DNA of 33,888 nucleotides, taken from positions 1 to 33,888 of the forward strand of contig BTVI01000034.1 in the NCBI GenBank assembly GCA_045862955.1, read 5' to 3'. Positions 1-8,618 of this stretch are shown here, piece after piece (positions within the stretch are counted from its first letter, which is position 1; each line of letters opens with the position of its first letter). The notes beneath the pieces are model-generated. The model saw only the letters and a program-made list of their open reading frames with translations, did not search any database and was not told the origin of the DNA. The DNA comes from Fimbriimonadales bacterium. Its GTDB lineage: Bacteria; Armatimonadota; Fimbriimonadia; Fimbriimonadales; JABRVX01. The translations under genes and the position numbers were made by a program.

Positions 1-46
1 ACTGTGGCTCAGGGGGTCGCGGGTTCGAGACCCGTTCGCCGCCCCA
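1..46 (+). tRNA. tRNA-His(GUG), 3' half (5' part lies outside the window)
   Basis: Anticodon loop CTGTGGC at 2-8. T-arm GCGGG-TTCGAGA-CCCGT at 19-35. Acceptor 3' strand TCGCCGC, discriminator C (typical of bacterial tRNA-His) and encoded CCA ending at 46. Confidence 0.88.
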
Positions 47-56
47 GAACATTTCG

Positions 57-80
57 GAGAGCCGAATCTCGGCGGTTCTC
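57..80 (+). terminator. Possible hairpin terminator or processing stem after the tRNA
   Basis: GAGAGCCG ... CGGTTCTC pairs with one G-U, about 10 nt after the CCA. There is no clear U-tract. Confidence 0.3.
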
Positions 81-777
81 GAATCCAAAGGCATTCACTG
101 GTACGCAGCCCTGCACAAGACCCGGAGGGGATGATTCCGCACGCGCTCGGGGTGTCGGTAACTAACAATCCAGCGTCTCAGAAACGGGGTCCGTGCCTAT
201 TCGCGGGCTGCTCGGCTGGGTGGCTCCCTCTCTCAGAAGCGGAGTTGCGGGGCAGGTAGCCACGGGCTGTCTCTGTGGCCTGCGCCCAGGGCATGTGCGG
301 TGTTGGCGAGGCGGTGCGGACCTCTCACGCAGAAACCCACTGAATTCCACACGAGAATGCGTTTTCAGCGGCCTCTGGCCTTCCGCAGGTCGGGGGGGAC
401 AGGAAGCAGGGCAGGGTGGGCCGCCGTTAAGCCCGAGCCCGCGTACCTCCCCTAAGGGAGGTGAAACGGAAACTCCGATCCTGTCCCTAGTAGCTACGGG
501 CAAGCAGATGGCCGGGGACGACCTAGGACGGCGGAGAGGATGTAACAGACCTGCCATCCCCGCCTCCTCGGACTCACCCCACTAGTAGCTAACTCGCGCG
601 AAAGTGCGGCGTCCATACTCCCCGCTACCGGGTGTTCCGTCGGGTGAAGAGTAGGTGTCAGCATATCGGGACAAGTGTGGGGGCGGGCCAAGCGCGATAC
701 ACACGCTCGTATGATTTCTGCCCCAGCTATGGACTCAGTCACACGCGGCCTAGGGCCGTCGGATACGTGCACACAGG

Positions 778-1245
778 CTACGGACGCGCCCAGTAGCCGG
801 TAAGCGCAACCTCGACACGCAGGATGGGCTGGTTATGATGCTCCCCCTGAGTCACCATGTAGTCGCCAGGATACAGAACGAAGCCCGGGGAGTAATCCTG
901 CGAACCGCTAGCCAGGAACCAGAACCTCCCGTCGCCTCTTCGCTCCCAAAGAGTGAAGCTGCCGCCGTAGCCGAAGGCAACTAAGGTCACCACCGGCAAA
1001 CGTCCGGCGGCGTCCGGGTCGACTCGAAACGCGTACCCATATGCTGTCTTGCCCTCACCAGTAACGAACTGGCCGCCCGTCTCGGGTGTGATTCGGTAGC
1101 ACCACAGATCGGACTGGCGCAGGGGCATTCCTGGGTAGCCGACCACTGACTGCGCCGTCACCGGGCGGGAGACGAGCACGCCAACGGAGAACGAAAAGAG
1201 CAAACCCGCGAGGGCGAGAAGAAAAAGCGCGTTGCGCTTGCACAT
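778..1245 (-). CDS. Hypothetical secreted or membrane-anchored protein
   Basis: ORF 778..1266. Likely start is MCKRNALFLLALAGLLFSFSVGVLVSRPVTAQ (basic, hydrophobic, then VTA-Q), followed by an aromatic/beta-rich soluble region. No family recognised. Confidence 0.6.
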   Translation of the reverse strand: MCKRNALFLLALAGLLFSFSVGVLVSRPVTAQSVVGYPGMPLRQSDLWCYRITPETGGQFVTGEGKTAYGYAFRVDPDAAGRLPVVTLVAFGYGGSFTLWERRGDGRFWFLASGSQDYSPGFVLYPGDYMVTQGEHHNQPILRVEVALTGYWARP

Positions 1246-1927
1246 CTGCGTATCACCTCCGCCCATAGTATAACGCTCATTGCCGGTGATCGCCGCAGCC
1301 TAGCCGAAAGCATGACGTGGTGAACCGCCGGCGGTGGTGACGGGCTGTCTACAGGGCCAGCCTCGCAAAGGGCACGCGAGCAATCATTCCGCGAACGTCG
1401 CGCATGCCAACACGGGTGCACCAAGGTGCTCCTCGGTTTCACCTCGGAGTGACAGTGTGTGAGTGGCGGCGGCCACGCGAAGCTGTCTGCTAGACACTTC
1501 TCCTGCGCTAGGAGTCGAGCCTTCGGGCGGGAGACATCGCAGCTGAGCATCCGGGCACGACGCGTCGCTCCTCATTCGTGGGCCGCGCCGTCGCGGGCTG
1601 CATTCTGGGTCGCCACCTTCGCCGGCGCGACATGAAGTGGGAGTTGTAGGCTTTCATGCCTTCGAGCCTCGACATTGGGCTGTCGGCAGTCGCCAAGGCT
1701 GCGGGTGTTAGCCGTTGTTGCAGCCGAACCTGCCAGGCATCGGACGTCGAGGCCAGAACACTGGGTGGCCGCGGCGCAATCCTTAGGTTCCCCGTGTGCG
1801 GTCGCTGGGCGCTGTGCGTCGGGCGTGAGTCGAGGCATGAGGCGATCGTGACGGTCGTGCAGCCGGCTGGGCAGGGAGAGCGGCGGGTTTGGAGAAGCCG
1901 AGAGGTGACAGAGGGGGTGCAAGGCCA

Positions 1928-4900
1928 ATGAGTGCATTCATCGCTATCGCTTGGTTAGTCCTATCCGGCACCTGTCAGGCCGTTCCGGCGACGGATGTGC
2001 AGGACCTCGAGACGGGCTTCGCCCGCCCACCCGCCAGCGCGCGCCCGTGGGTGTATTGGTTCTGGCTCAACGGTAACATCACGCGCGAAGGGATAACCGC
2101 TGACCTGGAAGCCATGCGCAGAGTAGGTATCGGAGGTGTGTTGATCATGGAAGTGGATCAGGGCACACCTAGCGGTCCTATTGCGTTCGCCAGTCCGGAG
2201 TGGCGTGAACTCTTCCGCCACGTCGTAGCGGAAGCCGACCGGCTCGGGTTGCAAGTCAACATGAATAACGATGCGGGTTGGACCGGTAGTGGCGGGCCGT
2301 GGATAACCCCCGACCTCGCCATGCAGAAGGTGGTATGGACGGAGACGACCGCGCAGGGACCTAGCAAGCTCCAACATCCTTTGGCGGAGCCACCGCGGGT
2401 GGCGGGCTACTACCGTGACATCGCAGTGCTTGCCTTCCCCACACCGGGTGAGTACCGGATCGAAGGGATCGCGGGTAAGTCGGCGCTAGTTGGGCAGGAA
2501 GTCATCCCCCAAGTCACCTATCCCGTCTTACCTGCTAGCCAGACGGTCGACCCGCACATGGTCGTAGACCTAACATCGCACATGCAGCCGGACGGCAGCC
2601 TCGAGTGGGACGTTCCCGAGGGCAAATGGACCATCCTCCGCATGGGACACACTCCCACCGGAGCCATCAACCTTCCTGCACCCGCGGCCGCACAGGGCTT
2701 GGAGTGTGACAAGATGAGCAAGGTCGCGGTCGAAACGCACTTCGAGGCGCTGATGGGCACGCTCATCGCCGACGTCGGCCAGCTAGCGGGCAAGACACTG
2801 GTCTCCACACACATTGATAGTTGGGAGGTGGGATCGCAGAACTGGACGCCGCGTTTTCGCGAGGAGTTTCTTCGCCTACGAGGCTACGATCTTCTGCCAT
2901 ACCTACCCGTGATGGCGGGCATCGTGGTTGACAACTTGGAGGTGTCCGAACGCTTTCTGTGGGATATCAGGCAGACGGTCTCCGAGCTGATCGTCGAGAA
3001 CTACGCGGGTCATATGGCGAAGCTGGCGAACGAGCATGGCATGCGACTATCCATCGAAGCGTACGACGGCGATCCATGCGATGACATGGCCTATGCAGGG
3101 CGTGCCGACGAGCCGATGGCAGAGTTCTGGTCGTGGCCTAACAACTTCACGTCGTACAGTTGCACGCAGATGGCGTCTGCGGCGCACGTGTATGGCAAGC
3201 GCATTCTGGGGGCAGAGGCATTTACGGCAACCGACGGGGAGAGGTGGCTTCACCACCCAGCTTCCATCAAGGCGCTAGGCGATTGGGCTTTCTGCGAAGG
3301 CATCAATCGCTTCGTATTTCACCGCTACGCACTGCAGCCATGGCTGGACGTGCAGCCGGGCATGTCCATGGGGCCCTGGGGTTTGCACTACGAGCGGACC
3401 CAGACATGGTGGGAGCAGTCGGCGGCATGGCACCGCTACCTGGCAAGGTGTCAGTATCTACTACAGCAGGGATTGTTCGTTGCCGACGTCTGCTATCTCG
3501 CAGCGGAGCGCTCCCCGCAGCGGTTCGTAGTGCCTCGACTGCACGGCACGGAGCGCCCACCATACAACTTCGACGGATGCACGCCGGAGGTGGTGCTGGA
3601 GCGGATGCAGGTGCGTGATGGCCGCCTCGTGCTTCCGGATGGTATGAGCTATCGGCTGCTAGTACTGCCGGAAGTGCGCACCATGACGCCGCGGCTGCTT
3701 GCCAAGATAGGTGATCTAGTGCGAGCGGGAGCTACCATCGTAGGTGCGCCACCGGTGAAGTCCCCCAGTCTGTCGGGCTATCCGCGCTGCGATGACGAGG
3801 TGCGACGCCTTGCGGCCGAGATCTGGGGGGATTGCGACGGAGAGAAGGTCAAGGAGCGGCACTACGGGAAGGGCAAGGTAGTGTGGGGCTTAGCACCGGA
3901 GCAGGTGCTCGAACGCATGGGCGTGCCACCGGACTTTGCCTATCACACGCTGTCCGGACGCCAAACGCTGCGCTACATCCACCGATCGCTGGGAGACACG
4001 CACGTATACTTCGTCGCCAACAAGGCAGCACAGAAGGAAGATGCGGTGTGTACGTTCCGCGTTTCCGGGATGCGACCAGAACTATGGTGGCCGGAATCGG
4101 GGAGGATGGAGAGTCCAGTCGTGTACGATCAGAAGGGCGGCGTGACGCACCTTCCGATCCACCTAGATGCAGCGGAATCCGTGTTCGTGGTATTCCGGAA
4201 GGCACAGTCAGTCGAGCAGGACCGAATCGTCAGCGTGTCGCTCGATGGCGATGTGGTGTTGGATACGCGTGCTGAGCCTCGGCCTCGTCACGATACCGAC
4301 AATAACCGAAAGATCACGGACAGCTTCACGATGTCTGCGTGGGTGCGCCCCGATGCTCCTACCGGACTACCACAAGAGGCGAATTCCGGCGCCTCGGGCT
4401 TAGGCGTGGTGCGAAACGAGGTGCTGTACCCGCCCCCGGGGCACGAGGTGTATGCGGACGAGGGTCACGCCGGCGCAGGATTCTCGGTAGGCACGAACGG
4501 CGTGTGCGTGTACGAGCATAGTGCCAACTACTTCGCGCCAGTGTTAGTATATGCTCAGGCACTCTCCGACTGGGTTCACGTGGCAATCGTGTATCGCGAT
4601 GGGCATCCGAGCCTGTACTTGAACGGCAAACTGGTGCACACGGGTCTTGCCGGCAAGCATGTCGTGCATCCGGGAGTGGGGGTACAGCACACTCGAGAGG
4701 TGGAGCCGTTCCGGGGGGACGTAGGTGAGATCCAACAGTTCGATAGGCCTCTTTCAGGTGAGGAAATTGCGAAGCTGATGACTGAAACACCACTTCCAAA
4801 GCCACGGCCTAACATAGCGCCCATCGTGTTGAGACGTGGTAGAGGGGGTCAGATCGAAGCCGATGTATGGCAGCCTGGCAAGTACTCGCTGAGGACCGCC

Positions 4901-5518
4901 GATGGTAGGAAGCACACGCTGCAAGTAGGTGAGTTGCCGCAACCCCTGACGCTCGAAGGGCCTTGGGAGGTGCGATTCGATGCACGCGGAGGCGCACCAG
5001 AGTTTGTCACGTTCGAGAAGCTGATCTCTTGGAGCACTCACGAGAACGATGGCATTCGCTACTACTCTGGGCAGGCAACGTACCGCAAGACCTTCGAAAT
5101 ACCGCAGGAAGTACTGACACCCGGTACACGGCTGCAACTGGACCTGGGGCGCGTCGAGGTGATTGCAGACGTGCGCCTCAACGGCAGGCTCCTCGGCACC
5201 CTATGGAAACCGCCGTACCGGGTCGATGTGACGGACGTTGTGAGGCCGGGGGCAAACGAACTCGAAGTGCAGGTGGCCAACCTGTGGGTGAACCGCATGA
5301 TCGGCGACGAGAACCTGCCCGAAGACAGCCGACGCCACCCAGACGGTAGGCTGGTGGAGTGGCCGGCATGGCTGCTGGAAGGGAGGCCCAGCCCCACGGG
5401 CAGACACACGTTCAGCTCGTGGAAGCTGTGGCGCAAAGACGAACCGCTCCAACCCTCCGGTCTGCTAGGGCCGGCGGAGCTTAGGCCTTATGCACGTGTC
5501 CAGTTACCGGTTAGGTAG
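1928..5518 (+). CDS. Glycoside hydrolase family 106 (alpha-L-rhamnosidase-like), secreted, with an internal LamG/ConA-like domain and C-terminal GH2-type sugar-binding domain
   Basis: Motifs RPWVYWFWLNGNITREGITADLEAM, GWTGSGGPWI, HIDSWEVG, GAEAFTA and EGINRFVFH, plus C-terminal LDLGRV..IADVRLNG...PSGLLGP. Signal peptide MSAFIAIAWLVLSGTCQA starts at ATG 1928 after GAGGGG. Confidence 0.88.
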   Translation: MSAFIAIAWLVLSGTCQAVPATDVQDLETGFARPPASARPWVYWFWLNGNITREGITADLEAMRRVGIGGVLIMEVDQGTPSGPIAFASPEWRELFRHVVAEADRLGLQVNMNNDAGWTGSGGPWITPDLAMQKVVWTETTAQGPSKLQHPLAEPPRVAGYYRDIAVLAFPTPGEYRIEGIAGKSALVGQEVIPQVTYPVLPASQTVDPHMVVDLTSHMQPDGSLEWDVPEGKWTILRMGHTPTGAINLPAPAAAQGLECDKMSKVAVETHFEALMGTLIADVGQLAGKTLVSTHIDSWEVGSQNWTPRFREEFLRLRGYDLLPYLPVMAGIVVDNLEVSERFLWDIRQTVSELIVENYAGHMAKLANEHGMRLSIEAYDGDPCDDMAYAGRADEPMAEFWSWPNNFTSYSCTQMASAAHVYGKRILGAEAFTATDGERWLHHPASIKALGDWAFCEGINRFVFHRYALQPWLDVQPGMSMGPWGLHYERTQTWWEQSAAWHRYLARCQYLLQQGLFVADVCYLAAERSPQRFVVPRLHGTERPPYNFDGCTPEVVLERMQVRDGRLVLPDGMSYRLLVLPEVRTMTPRLLAKIGDLVRAGATIVGAPPVKSPSLSGYPRCDDEVRRLAAEIWGDCDGEKVKERHYGKGKVVWGLAPEQVLERMGVPPDFAYHTLSGRQTLRYIHRSLGDTHVYFVANKAAQKEDAVCTFRVSGMRPELWWPESGRMESPVVYDQKGGVTHLPIHLDAAESVFVVFRKAQSVEQDRIVSVSLDGDVVLDTRAEPRPRHDTDNNRKITDSFTMSAWVRPDAPTGLPQEANSGASGLGVVRNEVLYPPPGHEVYADEGHAGAGFSVGTNGVCVYEHSANYFAPVLVYAQALSDWVHVAIVYRDGHPSLYLNGKLVHTGLAGKHVVHPGVGVQHTREVEPFRGDVGEIQQFDRPLSGEEIAKLMTETPLPKPRPNIAPIVLRRGRGGQIEADVWQPGKYSLRTADGRKHTLQVGELPQPLTLEGPWEVRFDARGGAPEFVTFEKLISWSTHENDGIRYYSGQATYRKTFEIPQEVLTPGTRLQLDLGRVEVIADVRLNGRLLGTLWKPPYRVDVTDVVRPGANELEVQVANLWVNRMIGDENLPEDSRRHPDGRLVEWPAWLLEGRPSPTGRHTFSSWKLWRKDEPLQPSGLLGPAELRPYARVQLPVR

Positions 5519-5566
5519 ACGGCGTGATGTCTCTGCCAAACCGTTGCCCAGCAATGCCTGCTTGCC

Positions 5567-6445
5567 CTATTCGAGCGTGTCCCACATGCAAACCTGAGCA
5601 TCGCTGATCTTCTGGTCGGCGGCAGACACGCCTGCCATCAGCTCCTGCCTCGTGGTGGCCTTCACGTGACCATCCACGTAAGATGCCGTAAACGTCTGGC
5701 CGGGATGGAACGGATAGCAGTATCCATACGCCTGTGGGTGAGTGCGGCAGTAGCTGCTTGTTTCATCGCCACCACCCATCGTGTAGCACAGCCATCCACC
5801 CACACTGTCCTTGCTAGAAGGTAACGGCCCCCAAAACACACCGACGTGCGGGCGGACCGGTGCATCGGCCAGATAGCGCCCACCACCGGACGGCTTACCA
5901 CGCGCATCGCGCGACCACACAGTGTCCACAAACAACACGGTCATGGCAGGTGCAGCGACCTTCAATTGGGTAGTCGGCATCACTACCCTGCGGTCTCCTA
6001 ACATCGCTTCCGGGGACAGCCACACGTGGTTATAGCCCAAGTTCGTCCGGTATAGCGACGCCGTAAGGCGCATGTGTTTCCCGCCATCCTCAGGAATGGC
6101 CTCACCGGTGCGAGGATCGCGCTCGAGCTCCTCGCGCTTCCCAGCGGTGGGGTCGGAGGGACAGAAGAAAACGTCCAAGCTCTTGGAATACGCCATGATC
6201 GAGGCGGGCCAGGTAGTGTCGTAGCCGGTATCGGACGGCTTGCCCCAGTCCCGGGTGCTGATGCCGGCTTGGTCGGCTATTGCGAAAAAGTCGTCGTTAT
6301 CGTTGGCGTACATGATCATCGCCTTGATGGCCTGGTTGTGGTTGCTCATGCACTTCGACTGTCGTGCCCGCTCCTGGTCTTGCATCGCGCAGAGCCAGAG
6401 GGCCGCCCCTGCGAGCACGGCAGCAGCAAGAAGAACTTGTTTCAT
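5567..6445 (-). CDS. DUF1559 / H-X9-DG domain (prepilin-associated family) protein
   Basis: ERARQSKCMSN..Q...AMIMYANDND, FFCPSD, YNHVWL and C-terminal HPGQTFTASYVDGHVKA. RBS GGAGG upstream. Confidence 0.8.
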   Translation of the reverse strand: MKQVLLAAAVLAGAALWLCAMQDQERARQSKCMSNHNQAIKAMIMYANDNDDFFAIADQAGISTRDWGKPSDTGYDTTWPASIMAYSKSLDVFFCPSDPTAGKREELERDPRTGEAIPEDGGKHMRLTASLYRTNLGYNHVWLSPEAMLGDRRVVMPTTQLKVAAPAMTVLFVDTVWSRDARGKPSGGGRYLADAPVRPHVGVFWGPLPSSKDSVGGWLCYTMGGGDETSSYCRTHPQAYGYCYPFHPGQTFTASYVDGHVKATTRQELMAGVSAADQKISDAQVCMWDTLE

Positions 6446-6568
6446 CGTGTGCCTCCTACCTAACTACAGGGACGGGTCCTGTCGCTCGGAAAGTTCGCTG
6501 CCGCCTCCGAGGCGGCCTGCAGACGGGCGCCGAACCGATAGCCCAGTCGCGGAGTGCGGAAGTGCCCA

Positions 6569-6796
6569 ATGTTGCTATTCGCCGTCCTCGCCGCTTTCGC
6601 CTCCGGCGCTTCGCAGGCCGCCGGCGTGTCTGACGACAGGCAGGTGTTCGAGATGGTGATTCCACGCGACGCGAAGCTCGGCTTGGACCTGAAGAAAGGC
6701 GAGGTGATCGGGCTCATGGTGTATGTGGGATTGGAGAACGGTGCGACGCTAGCACTGTTCGAGCCTTGGGCCCTCTTCGACTGCGAGCTGCGATAG
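6569..6796 (+). CDS. Small exported protein, possibly an internally deleted remnant (CBM9/DOMON-like C-terminus)
   Basis: Signal peptide MLLFAVLAAFASGASQA is followed directly by FEMVIP..LGLDLKKGEVIGLMVYV. Codon usage looks typical. Confidence 0.4.
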   Translation: MLLFAVLAAFASGASQAAGVSDDRQVFEMVIPRDAKLGLDLKKGEVIGLMVYVGLENGATLALFEPWALFDCELR

Positions 6797-6804
6797 GACT
6801 CCGG

Positions 6805-7050
6805 CTACTCGGTGCCCTGGCTCTCATCGGCGCGAAGGGCTGCCTCGCGAACCGTCATGCAGAACGTGCGCTCGCCGTAACGCTCGTGGAAGTACTCGAT
6901 GAGTTTGCTGTCGCCCTCGATGATTGTCTGCTCGTCCAGACAGATACACCGGACCAGAATCTGGTCGCCGTTGGGCTCCTCGACGATGACCTCGACCCCT
7001 TCCGTCGGGTCGCCATCACCTATGGCAAAGGCTTTGATCTGACCGTCCAT
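6805..7050 (-). CDS. Hypothetical protein
   Basis: Protein-like acidic composition from MDGQIKAFAIGDGD onward (ORF 6805..7164). Convergent with the preceding small gene. Confidence 0.45.
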   Translation of the reverse strand: MDGQIKAFAIGDGDPTEGVEVIVEEPNGDQILVRCICLDEQTIIEGDSKLIEYFHERYGERTFCMTVREAALRADESQGTE

Positions 7051-7552
7051 GCTGCACGGGATTCGGTAAGCGCCGCTGCTGCCCTGCTTTCGGTATGGGT
7101 GTCTGCCCGGTCCGACAGAGAGAGCGGTGCTGCGCTTCGCGAACAGCCGAATGCAGATCGCCACAGCGCTCTTTGTTCATCGCTGCGCTCGAGTCTGCAC
7201 TTCCAGAACACTGCGGAGCTACACATCGCCGGGACGGCGAGAACCGCGTCGGTCCTGATGCCCCGGCGCGGTCCTCAGGTCTCAGGGATCCGGGGGGCTG
7301 GTGCGAGGGTGGACACGGGCCAGCGCATGAAGGCTCGGAACTCACGGGGCGCGGAGACCACACACCTACGGCAGCCGAACGCCGACGCAAGGCAGACCCC
7401 CTTCTGCAAAGCCTCCAGGGGAAACTTGCAGCCGACCCCGCTTGCTGTCCGCGACCTCTTCGGCTCTTTGCGGTCTTGGCGTGACGATGCAGGCTGCAAG
7501 CGCAGACCAAGCCGTGCTGAGCGCGAGAGAGGGCCTGAGGTATGCTCCCGGT

Positions 7553-8611
7553 ATGCTCGTCCATGCCAGCCTCGCCGCTTTCTGGCTAATCGCTTCGACG
7601 ATCTCGACCTGCGTCGACGTCGCTGCACAGGAGGGATCGAGGGTCCGCATCGTGGACCCTCCCGACCGCGGGTTCTTTTCGAAGATGCTGGACTATCAGG
7701 GCATACCGATCAGGGCGCACCATGACGTGGCAGACGAAGCGCTGCTGGTGGCTCATGCGCGACTGCGACGGATGCTCTCGCACACACCGACTGTAGTAGC
7801 TAATCTGCGTGCCGAGGGCGTGGAATTGCATATCATCGGCAAGGATCAGGTGACATCCGACCTCCCATATCTCCGCCACTACAAGGGAAAGCCGTTCGAT
7901 GGTGACCTCACGATTGACGAGCGCACGCGTGGCGTAGGTGGACAACTCGTCTCGTGCGGGGAGGAGAACCTGCTGCGCCTGCCCGGCGACCGATACGCAG
8001 GCCGTGATATCTGCGTGCACGAGTTCGCCCATGCCATTTATAGCTACGGCCTCGACGATGCGACACGCAACCGCATCGAGGAGCAGTATCACCGTTCGCT
8101 CCAGTCTGGCCTGTGGGTGTCGGCATATGCCGCCACGAACGTGCAGGAGTTCTTCGCAGAGCTGAGCATGTGGTACTTCGGCACGCGAGGAGATCACGGC
8201 AAGATGTCACCCCCACCCGAGGCGGGCCGCGAGGGACTGCTCCGATACGACCCCGAGGCGTTTCGGCTGCTGGACGACATCTACTCCGGCCGCGTCGAGG
8301 TCGGGCCGGTGAAGTTGGTAGAGTTGCGTCCGGTCGAACCGAGCCAGTGGTCGAAGCAGCGGTCATCGGACGGCACGGCCACTACCATTCGCTTTCGTAA
8401 CTGCACAGACGAAAAGCTCCATCTTCTGTGGGTTGATGGAGACGGAGGTCGAATGCCCTACGGGGAGTTGGAGCCCGGCGAGCAGCGGACGCACGCCACC
8501 TTCACCGGACACGTGTGGGTGTTGGTAGGGCCGGATGCGAGAGACGTAGCGATGTTCGTAGCAACGGCCGAGCCCGGGCTTGCCATCGTAACGAAGGCGA
8601 GAAGCAGGTAG
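7553..8611 (+). CDS. Secreted zinc metallopeptidase (anthrax lethal factor/PPEP-like) with C-terminal VHL beta domain
   Basis: HEFAH zinc motif plus YAATNVQEFFAE (compare LF YGRTNEAEFFAE). C-terminal TIRFRN...LLWVDGDG...YGELEPGE...TFTGHVW matches the VHL beta-domain pattern. Signal-like N-terminus from MLVHASLAAFWLIA; start uncertain. Confidence 0.72.
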   Translation: MLVHASLAAFWLIASTISTCVDVAAQEGSRVRIVDPPDRGFFSKMLDYQGIPIRAHHDVADEALLVAHARLRRMLSHTPTVVANLRAEGVELHIIGKDQVTSDLPYLRHYKGKPFDGDLTIDERTRGVGGQLVSCGEENLLRLPGDRYAGRDICVHEFAHAIYSYGLDDATRNRIEEQYHRSLQSGLWVSAYAATNVQEFFAELSMWYFGTRGDHGKMSPPPEAGREGLLRYDPEAFRLLDDIYSGRVEVGPVKLVELRPVEPSQWSKQRSSDGTATTIRFRNCTDEKLHLLWVDGDGGRMPYGELEPGEQRTHATFTGHVWVLVGPDARDVAMFVATAEPGLAIVTKARSR

Positions 8612-8618
8612 TCTCCGC

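Noticed and set aside
162..772. ORFs 162..557, 193..585 and 494..772
   Set aside because: They overlap on opposite strands, have Arg/Pro/Gly-rich composition typical of GC-rich non-coding frames, and show no motifs.
1267..1927. Short ORFs or a riboswitch upstream of GH106
   Set aside because: No protein-like ORF or recognisable riboswitch consensus.
6766..7725. 319-aa plus-strand ORF
   Set aside because: It is the antisense shadow of the 6805 gene joined to an off-frame overlap of the peptidase, with Arg-rich composition and no motifs.
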